A DNA stretch of 64,000 bases. Origin: Macrostomum lignano. Its lineage: Eukaryota. The stretch covers positions 62,001-126,000 of the forward strand of contig NIVC01002372.1 in NCBI GenBank assembly GCA_002269645.1, written 5' to 3'. Positions within the stretch are counted from its first letter, which is position 1. Each line of letters starts with the position of its first letter. Of this stretch, positions 1 to 12,886 are shown in pieces. Position numbers and translations under genes: made by a program. Under the pieces are notes generated by a model, which saw only the letters and a list, made by a program, of their open reading frames with translations, was not told the DNA's origin and searched no databases.

Positions 1-99
1 AGAATCGTGTCGCAGGGTACCTACGAGGTAGTGTAGTTATTGTGAAGGGGACAATATTAAGGTTATGTATCGAAATTTCACCTTTGGTGCCAGAAAATT

Positions 100-590
100 C
101 ACATGTCTTACCTGATATTTTACATGTACGTACCTGTCTCACCTGACATTTTTCTTATCATATCTGACATTTTACCTGTCTCACCTGCCATTTTGTCCCA
201 TCTGACATTTTACCTGTTTAATCTGACATTTTACCTGTTTCACCTGCCATTTTACCTGTCTCATCTGAAATTTCACCTGTCGCACCTGACATTTTACATG
301 TCTCATCTGACATTTCACCGGACTCACCTGACATTTTCCTGTCCCATCTGACATTTTACCTGTTTAATCTGACATTTTACCTGTTTCACCTGCCATTTTA
401 CCTGTCTCATCTGAATTTCACCTGTCGCACCTGACATTTTACATGTCTCATCTGACATTTCACCTGACTCACCTGCAATTTTACCCGTCTGTTCAGAAAT
501 TTTACCTGTCTTACCTTACATTTTACCTGTCTCACCTGATATTTTACTTCTCTCATGTGTCATTTAATTTGTCTCATCTGTCATTTTATG
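100..590. repeat. Degenerate ~20-21-bp minisatellite (tcacctgacattttacctgtc)
   Basis: Visible periodicity in the intron upstream of the first protease exon. Confidence 0.85.
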
Positions 591-636
591 TCTAATATGA
601 TACGAGCGTATTTCACCCGCAACATGCGATCCGTAG

Positions 637-3313
<2,677 letters not shown>

Positions 3314-3524
3314 GCCGTTTATAGGAAATCAGTCTCGCGCATAGACTTGATTAACTGATCGAAATTTTTCCCTACGGGACGTATTTACGGTTTCTGCCAT
3401 CGGGTAACCTTGAACCAACGAGAGCAATACATTCGATTCTTTTACCGTACAAACGCAATCTAAAACTATGTTTAAAACGGAAGGCCACTATACGAACTAA
3501 ATCTACTCTTACAAGAAAAAAGCC

Positions 3525-3530
3525 AATAAA
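3525..3530 (+). terminator. Putative polyadenylation signal of the protease gene
   Basis: AATAAA about 210 nt after the stop codon. Confidence 0.45.
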
Positions 3531-3639
3531 TATAAATGAAACAACTATTTAAAAATTCATTGACAACCTTGATTATCAAGTGCAAGACAAGTTAAGTTAG
3601 GCGTTACGCCGTTACATCATTTTATGATTGATTTTTATT

Positions 3640-4000
3640 CAGTGTGACTGGGATAATTGATGACTATCTTGTGACTGGGATAATAAATGATTATCTAGTG
3701 TGACTGAGATGATTGATGATTATCCTGTGTGACTGAGATGATTGATGATTATCCAGTGTCACTGAAATGATTACTGATTATTCTGTCACTAAAATGATAA
3801 ATGATTATCCTGTGACTGAAATGATTGATGATTATCCTGTGTGACTGAAATGATAAATGATTATCCCGTGTGACTGAAATGATTGATGATTATCCCGTGT
3901 GACTGAAATGATTGATGATTATCCCGTGTGACTGAAATGATTGATGATTATCCCGTGTGACTGAAATGATTGATGATTATTCCGTGTGACTAATGACTAT
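3640..4000. repeat. 29-bp minisatellite (gtgactgaaatgattgatgattatcccgt)
   Basis: About 12 copies. Confidence 0.9.
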
Positions 4001-5699
4001 CCTGATGATAAAATGTTCAAAAGCTAAGAAAATATTAATTAGCATTAAAAGTACATTTGATGGTAGTTTCCATTTTTTGTTGAAAGGTCTTTGAGGGCTT
4101 AGCCACGAAGATCAAGTATAGCAAACAAATGAAGATCGTTATATTTGTGCGTAGCAATTTTAGCATCCGTTATATTATTTAAGTATGCACAGAAGACAAG
4201 ATTACAAAATACCATAGCACACAAAGCAACATTACACAAAAATATATAAAAACCGCAGTTTTCATATTTAGAACCAAGTCGATTACAACAAATAGTTGTT
4301 AGTCACTACATCAGCTATGTAATAGCAAAAATTAAAACAAAAAAGTTTAGAAAGCACAACATTGCTGGTTCCAGTTGTCACTAAATAAAAGTGCATTAAC
4401 TACTTTAATCAGTAATATGAGCCGTGTGAAGGACAACATAGATAAGCAAAATTACAAAAAAGTACACTTAAGTAATTAAAAAATTAAGGTTGCAGATTAA
4501 CAAATCGTAGAAAGTGCGAAAAGAACATAAAAATTGAACACAGAGTCGCACAACAAAAAAACCCCTGAAAACAGTGAGAACACAGAAATCACAGATTTTG
4601 TTTATTTATTAATTTGATATTGCCAGAAAAAAACAATTTTCAGAATTTTGATAAAAGAAAAAAGATCAACAGAAAAATGAGGAATTGTGAATAAAAAACT
4701 ACTAACTACTCAATAAGTAGTGTGTTGTAGTATGAATACTGGAATTTTTTGAAATTTTATAAGAAATCAGTGTATCAGTTGTAATGATGCTTGTTGCTTT
4801 GCAAATCACAATAAAAATACTATATAAACCATAATTCAAACACATAGCATATTATGCTACAAAGTGCAGAACGTACTATTAAATAAAAGCCTGCAGCGAT
4901 TCGATTGAAATCAAAACTAATTAATTAAATTGAGTCATGCTATTAATTATGCACTTTAATAAGCTTAATAAATGGATTAATGATATTAATTTTACAATGT
5001 AAAAATTAAAATATTTATTATTCAATAGATAAAAATCCTTTAAAATCTTGCCCAGCACAAAAGCATAACAGACTGAAAATTATGAGTGCTAAAAGTTTAA
5101 AACCACAATTTATAAAACAAAACCGAAAAAAACAAGGTTTAACAATTTTGTTAAAACCGAGCAGGCCAAATAGGTCAAATTTAACTGATATTTTGTTTAA
5201 AATGCGAGTGAAAAAAACACGGCAAACGAAAAGAAAAATGAAAAAAGCAAACCTGTCACTTCAGATTAACCAATTTGGCAATTGGACCCAAAAAAAGACA
5301 GCTGTAATTTATTAAGTAAATATATACTTGCCATTTAAACTATGGAAATTGTCAATGGAATCTATCAATTAAAAACTGAATAATTCTTGATAAAATTAAA
5401 ACAAATTAATCTAGTAAACTTATATCACTACTCCTGAAGAGACCATGTCAGTAGTTAATAAGAGGAACGCGATAAAATTTAAAGAATGTCAGGATAAATA
5501 TTGCAAATAACCGTAAAATTAATTTATAATTTTATAATAAATTATAAAAACCGTAAACCAACAAAGCCAAACTTGGAGGAAATGAATATAAAAATCTCCA
5601 GGAAAAAATGAAGTCAAATCCACAGGAGCAAAATAAAAGAAATTTTTGCGAATGTCGAAATTCGTACTATTAGAATTCGGGCAGAATTTCGTTAACTTT

Positions 5700-6680
5700 C
5701 GGATTTGGGATATTTAAAATCGGAATTAGGATTCTTAAAATCGGGATTGGGATTCTTAGAATCGGGACTCGGGTTCTTGGAAACAGGATTGGGATTCTTA
5801 GAATCGGGACTCGGGTTCTTGGAAACAGGATTGGGATTCTTAGAAACGAGATTGGGAATTTGGGATTCGTAGAATCGGAATTAGTATTCCTAGAATCGGA
5901 ATTGGTATTCCTAGAATCGGAATTGGTATTCCTAGAATCGGAATTAGTATTCCTAGAATCGGAATTGGTATTCCTAGAATCGGAATTAGTATTCCTAGAA
6001 TCGGAATTGGTATTCCTAGAATCGGAATTGGTATTCCTAGAATCGGAATTAGTATTCCTAGAATCGGAATTGGTATTCCTAGAATCGGAATTAGTATTCC
6101 TAGAATCGGAATTGGTATTCCTAGAATCGGAATTGGTATTCCTAGAATCGGAATTAGTATTCCTAGAATCGGAATTGGTATTCCTAGAATCGGAATTGGT
6201 ATTCCTAGAATCGGAATTAGTATTCCTAGAATCGGAATTAGTATTCCTAGAATCGGAATTGGTATTCCTAGAATCGGAATTAATATTCCTAGAATCGGAA
6301 TTGGTATTCCTAAAATCGTAATTGGTATTCCTAGAATCGGAATTAATATTCCTAGAATCGGAATTGATATTCTTAGAATCGGGATTGGGGATTGGGATTA
6401 TTAGAATCGGAATTGGTATTCCTAAAATCTGGATTGGGATTCTGAGAATCAGGATTGGGATTCTTAGAATCAGGATTGGGATTCTTAGAATCAGGATTGG
6501 GATTTCGAGAATCAGGATGGGGATTCTGAGAAGCAGGATTGGGATTTCGAGAATCAGGATGGGGATTCTGAGAAGCAGGATTGGGATTCTTAGAATCAGG
6601 ATTGGGATTTCGAGAATCAGGATGGGGATTCTGAGAAGCAGGATTGGGATTCTTATAATCGAAACTGAGGTTCTAAGAAA
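5700..6680. repeat. 21-bp minisatellite (cctagaatcggaattggtatt) with diverged flanks
   Basis: Homogeneous core at 5870-6370, downstream of the GAS2-like stop. Confidence 0.92.
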
Positions 6681-6898
6681 CAAAATTCGGACTGGAATTC
6701 CAATAATTTGGATAAGCTAATGGTTGTTAGCATGGACAGACATGGGTTGTGCTTAAAAAAATTACTAGTATTACCAAACAACGGAATGAATTTCAAACTG
6801 GAATCACATTAAAACTGCAAAACAAACAGTTCTATACAGATTTAAAAAAGAAGTAAACAAAAATCAGTAGGTAAAATAGTCACTTATCACTAAATCGA

Positions 6899-9652
6899 TT
6901 AAGCATTGTCCTGATCTGCAGGAGCTGTTGCAGCAGTTTTATATCTAACTTTACCCTGGGCCACGCTGTACGTGTTAAGACCCTCGGTGACCAGAGCCAG
7001 CCGGTCCGGTTCGTGATATTTCAGGTAGTCCTCAAGCGTTACCCAGCCGCCGCCGACGCGAACCATTTTGGTATTGCGGAAAACTCTAACAGCCAGCTTT
7101 GGTTTTTGTTGCTGTGGCTGCTGTTGCTGCTGCCGTTGTTGCTGCTTCTGCTGGCTCAAGTTGGAGCTCTGCCGACCGTCGCTGGTTAAACGTTGATCAG
7201 AGACGACTGAAGGTCTTCGCTGCTGCCGTTGCTTAAAATTTAGTGGCGATTTTATGTGATTGGAGCATAGCTGGAGATGGGGTGCAACTGGGGATCTTGG
7301 AGACTGGCCCAGCAACTGGGGATCTGGGAGGCTGGCCCAGCAACTGAGGATCTGGGAGGCTAGCCCAGCAACTGGGGATCTGGGAGGCTGGCTTAGCAAC
7401 TGGGGATCTGGGAGGCTGGCCCAGCAACTGGGGATCTGGGAGGCTGGCCCAGCAACTGGGGATCTGGGAGGCTGGCCCAGCAACTGGGGATCTGGGAGGC
7501 TGGCCCAGCAACTGGGGATCTGGGAGGCTGGCCCAGCAACTGAGGATCTGGGAGGCTGGCCCAGCAACTGGGGATCTGGGAGGCTGGCCCAGCAACTGAG
7601 GATCCGGGAGGCTGGCCCAGAAACTGAGGATCTGGGAGGCTGGCCCAGCAACTGAGGATCTGGGAGGCTGGCCCAGCAACTGGGGATCTGGGAGGCTGGC
7701 CCAGCAACTAGGGATCTGGGAGGCTGGCCCAGCAACTAGGGATCTGGGAGGCTGGCCCAGCAGCTGAGGATCTGGGAGGCTGGCCCAGCAACTGAGGATC
7801 TGGGAGGCTGGCCCAGCAACTGGGGATCTGGGAGGCTGGCCCTGAAACTGAGGATCTGGGAGGTTGGCCCAGAAACTGGGGATCTGGGAGGCTGGCCCAG
7901 AAACTGGGGATCTGGAAGGCTGGCCCAACAACTGGCGATCTGGGAGGCTGGCCCAGCAACTGATGATCTAGGAGGCTGGCCCAGCAACTGACGATCTGGG
8001 ATCTTGGCCCAGCAAGTGATGATCTAGGAGGCTGGCCCAGCAGCTGAGGCGATGTGAAATGATACTGGAATCCCATATTACAAGCCCTCACCTGCCCAGC
8101 ACTACTCGGTCTCTGAGGCTTTCTCTGAAGCTGCTGCTGAGCAGTCTGCTGATTTTGCTTCAAGGATCTGAGCGGCTGCTGCTGCTGCAAAGACTGCTTC
8201 CTCAGCTGCTGAGTTCGATCAGTTTTAGAACCCCCTGCCGATCCAGCAGCAGTCGACGTCGATGTTGTCGATTTTCTAGTCGCTGATGTCGGCTTAACTT
8301 TTTGAGCCGCACTTTTTAAACCATTGCCACCAGCGTTGCCATTCTTGCTACTGTCAGTAGGCTGTCTAGCGTCGGATTTTTTCTTTGGAGTTGGAGCGCT
8401 TCCGACGCTTCCGTCGCAGATGTCGCCAGCGGACGATGACCGCTGCCTGACGTAGCCGCTGCCGGCAGATGCACAGGCGCCAAATTCGTCATTTGACGCC
8501 TCGAGGACGTCGATGCTGCGGACAATTCAATCATTGTCGGCGTGGCAGCGGCAACGGCTCCAGATGTCGAAGTCGATGTCGACAGGCCGTCGATTTCTCG
8601 TTCTAGTCGAACAATCTGGGGCGCCGGTAAGCCGAGGTTCGGACAGGCTCTGGCTAGCTGGAGCAGGGTGAGCACCAGGTTGCGCTCTTCGCGCCGCTCC
8701 ACCAAGCCGGAGGTCTCGAACAGCAGCACGTCATCAAGGCGTTGATCGGAGCGGCACCAGGTGAGGAACACGGAGATGTTGTCGCGTGCCAGGAAACTGC
8801 CGGCTCGGGCCGACTGGTGACAGCGGCGCGGCGACTGGCCCGCTGCTGACTGTGGTTGGGAAGCGGGGGCGGATTGGGAACGGAAAATTTTAGAGGGGTA
8901 AAGACAAAAACGGCAGAAAAAGAGTAGCGGCGGAATAGAACGCTAGGGTGGCAATGGAGCGCGATAAGAGGAGGCGGATAAAAAGCGAATGGGGTGTATA
9001 AAGAGAGAAAAGGGGGGCGGATAAGGAGCGATAGGGTGCGGATAAAGAGCGATAGGGGGGCGGATAAAGAGCGATAGGGGGCGGATAAAGAGCGATAGGG
9101 GGGATAAAGAGCGATAGGGGGGGGGCGGATAAAGAGCGACAGGGGGCGGATAAAGAGCGATAGGGGGGTGGCGAATAAAGAGCGATAATGGGCGGACGGT
9201 GAAGAGCGGTAAAAAGTGCAGATTAAAGTTTATCATGATTATATTAAAAACTAACCTGCATTTTTTGCATAAGCCGACACAGCAGTACTCCATTCTCCAA
9301 ATAGTCCAGGTAATTTTCCGGGTCTATTGGCGTACTCAATTCTGAAATAAAACAACTTGATTTAATTAGAATTTAACTCATAACAGGGTAAACAGCGAGA
9401 GCAAAATCACACTGTCTCCCACAGATTTTCAAGGGCCGACTAGAGCGCACCGGACAGCGGCATAGTCAAACGCCTCGTCATCTAATTAGTGAAACTAAAA
9501 AACTTACCAAGCAGTTGACTGAGCCATTCGCACAGATCGTCTCGAATCAACTCGAGCGCTCTATCCAAGCTTTGCTGAAATTTCCCAACTGATTCGGAAT
9601 CCTCAGCGCGCTCGGGATCCGGGTTTGCTTCTAAGGATGCTGAGTTGGCCAT
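6899..9652 (-). CDS. GAS2-like protein (N-terminal CH domain, low-complexity linker, C-terminal GAR domain); contains a frame break
   Basis: Exons 9652-9508 (IRDDLCEWLSQLLG), 9341-9256 (YLENGVLLCRL), 8849-8092 (GSFLARDNISVFLTWCR..VLLFETSGLVERREERNLVLTLLQLAR; reading frame changes between about 8526 and 8318), 7270-6899 (KMVRVGGGWVTLEDYLKYHEPDR). These are hallmark GAS2-family CH and GAR motifs with phase-compatible GT-AG sites. Confidence 0.85.
7285..8045. repeat. 28-bp minisatellite (tgggaggctggcccagcaactggggatc)
   Basis: About 27 copies filling GAS2-like intron 3. Confidence 0.95.
8990..9190. repeat. G-rich ~21-bp minisatellite (gcggataaagagcgatagggg)
   Basis: GAS2-like intron 2. Confidence 0.85.
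9386..9492 (+). pseudogene. Split 28S rRNA-derived fragment in GAS2-like intron 1
   Basis: 9463-9492 tagtcaaacgcctcgtcatctaattagtga is 28/30 identical to recalled LSU TAGCCAAATGCCTCGTCATCTAATTAGTGA. 9386-9418 gggtaaacagcgagagcaa..actgtctc is a diverged upstream half. About 44 nt of foreign sequence lies between them. Confidence 0.72.
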
Positions 9653-9734
9653 TCTGCCCGCATCTGTTTTAGTAGTCCCCGGCTGCACTGGACTGGAGAG
9701 AAGGACTGCAACTGAAGTTTGTGAAATAGAAGTA

Positions 9735-11380
9735 TCTACTTTTGCATCTATCTGCCAATTTACCATATCTACCTACGGATCTATTTCTGCATCTATCTGC
9801 CAATTTACCATATCTACCTACGGATCTACTTCTGCATCTATCTGCCAATTTACCATATCTACCTACGGATCTACTTCTGCATCTATCTGCCAATTTACCA
9901 TATCTACCTACGGATCTACTTCTGCATCTATCTGCCAATTTACCATATCTACCTACGGATCTACTTCTGCATCTATCTGCCAATTTACCATATCTACCTA
10001 CGGATCTACTTCTGCATCTATCTGCCAATTTACCATATCTACCTACGATTTTACTTCTGCATCTATCTGCCAATTTACCATATCTACCTACGGATCTACT
10101 TCTGCATCTATCTGCCAATTTACCATATCTACCTACGGATCTACTTCTGCATCTATCTGCCAATTAACCATATCTACCTACGGATCTACTTCTGCATCTA
10201 TCTGCCAATTTACCATATCTACCTACGGATCTATTTCTGCATCTATCTGCCAATTTACCATATCTACCTACGGATCTACTTCTGCATCTATCTGCCAATT
10301 TAACATATCTACCTACGGATCTACTTCTGCATCTATCTGCCAATTTAACATATCTACCTACGGATCTACTTCTGCATCTATCTGCCAATTTACCATATCT
10401 ACCCAGGGATCTACTTCTGCATCTATCTGCCAATTAACCATATCTACCTACGGATCTACTTCTGCATCTATCTGCCAATTTACCATATCTACCTACGGAT
10501 CTACTTCTGCATCTATCTGCCAATTTACCATATCTACCTACGGATCTACTTTTGCATCTATCTGCCAATTTACCATATCTACCTACGGATCTACTTCTGC
10601 ATCAATTTGCCAATTTACCATATCTACCTACGGATCTACTTTTGCATCTATCTGCCGATTTACCATATCTACCTACGGATCTACTTCTGCATCTATCTGC
10701 CAATTTACCATATCTACCTACGGATCTACTTCTGCATCTATCTGCCAATTAACCATATCTACCTACGGATCTACTTCTGCATCTATCTGCCAATTTACCA
10801 TATCTACCTACGGATCTATTTCTGCATCTATCTGCCAATTTACCATATCTACCTACGGATCTACTTCTGCATCTATCTGCCAATTTACCATATCTACTTA
10901 CGGATCTACTTCTGCATCTATCTGCCAATTTACCATATCTACCTACGAATCTACTTCTGCATCTATCTGCCAATTTACCATATCTACCCAGGGATCTATT
11001 TCTGCATCTATCTGCCAATTTACCATATCTACCTACGGATCTACTTCTGCATCTATCTGCCAATTTACCATATCTACCTACGATTTTACTTCTGCATCTA
11101 TCTGCCAATTTACCATATCTACCTACGGATCTACTTCTGCATCTATCTGCCAATTTACCATATCTACCTACGATTTTACTTCTGCATCTATCTGCCAATT
11201 TACCATATCTACCTACGAATCTACTTCTGCATCTATCTGCCAATTTACCATATCTACCCAGGGATCTATTTCTGCATCTATCTGCCAATTTACCATATCT
11301 ACCTACGATTTTACTTCTGCATCTATCTGCCAATTTACCATATCTACCTACGGATCTACTTCTGCATCTATCTGCCAATC
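9735..11380. repeat. 45-bp minisatellite (tctgcatctatctgccaatttaccatatctacctacggatctact)
   Basis: About 36 near-identical copies; produces spurious 15-aa-period ORFs. Confidence 0.97.
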
Positions 11381-12319
11381 TGCCTACAGATCTATATCTA
11401 CCTATGGAGCTACTCTACTTAAAATTGAATAAAGGAGGCAAAGTGAACAGTTAACAATACTCGTACCAAAAGCGATCCAACTACTAAACAAGCATGCAGA
11501 CATTGTTTGTCACTGAAAAAGTTTAATAATTAGTCAGGCGAGAAGTTAATACAGTAGATATAAAATATCAGACAATTTGATTGCATAATATAAAAATCAA
11601 GCTATAAATAATTTGTGTAAAAATGTTCACATAGATAATAAAACACATCAAGAGGTCAACTTTAACGTTCATAAATTTCCTGCAAATTTTATGTAACAAT
11701 AAAACCAACTAAAAAGTGCATTATGCGTGCAAGGAGACGTGCAAGATAAAAGTGACTGCACAATATGTTACAGTAATTAGAGTATAAACATGTACTTGTA
11801 TAGGATTACTAAATTTTATGCTATATAACAAAACGACTTAAAAAAACAATTTGGAATGTGTGGAATTACCTCAAAATTGATAGTTTAAAAAGTAATAAAA
11901 TTTAAACGTTTAAATTTAGTAGTGAGTAGTATACACAGCGCTTGGTCACCGATATTTAGTTATAAAAAAGAATTAGGGAACTCAACAACTTGAAAAATGC
12001 AGATTCTCTTTGTTCAAGACCTACCAAAACTTTTACCACCTGATATGATACTATAAGAGATATTAATATGATGGGCAAAACGCAAAATATAAACATTTAA
12101 GTTGATATGGGTTACTAAAATTAACAAAACTACTGCGACTTAATCATTGCGGGACAGAACCGCCCACCAATAAAAGTAAGACTGGCAGGCAAAAAAAACT
12201 TGATTGAGTGGCCTGCGAGGAACACCCAGCTTTACATCGGTTTAGGGAGGTAACTGACAGGACACAATTAATACGCTTGATGGACATAGATCCAGGGGAG
12301 ACAGACAAATTCTGAGGGG

Positions 12320-12862
12320 AGATGGACACAAATCCTGATTGGGAGACAGACACAAATCCTGAGGGAAGAAGGACACAAATCCTGATTGGGAGACAGACAC
12401 AAATCCTGATTGGGAGACAGACACAAATCCTGATTGGGAGACAGACACAAATCCTGATTAGGAGACAAACACAAATCCTGATTGGGAGACAGACACAAAT
12501 CCTGATTGGGAGACAGACACAAATCCTGATTGGGAGACAGACACAAATCCTGATTAGGAGACAAACACAAATCCTGATTGGGAGACAGACACAAATCCTG
12601 ATTGGGAGACAGACACAAATCCTGATTGGGAGACAGACACAAATCCTGATTGGGAGACAGACACAAATCCTGATTAGGAGACAAACACAAATCCTGATTG
12701 GGAGACAGACACAAATCCTGATTGGGAGACAGACACAAATCCTGATTGGGAGACAGACACAAATCCTGATTGGGAGACAGACACAAATCCTGATTAGGAG
12801 ACAAACACAAATCCTGATTGGGAGACAGACACAAATCCTGATTGGGAGACAGACACAAATCG
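12320..12862. repeat. 24-bp minisatellite (acaaatcctgattgggagacagac)
   Basis: About 22 copies beginning about 25 nt after the CCDC88-like stop. Confidence 0.95.
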
Positions 12863-12886
12863 GGGGGGGGGGACACAACAGCAGAA

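Noticed and set aside
9735-11380. Regular 45-bp array as a CRISPR-like locus
   Set aside because: No unique spacers, no cas genes, and a eukaryotic context.
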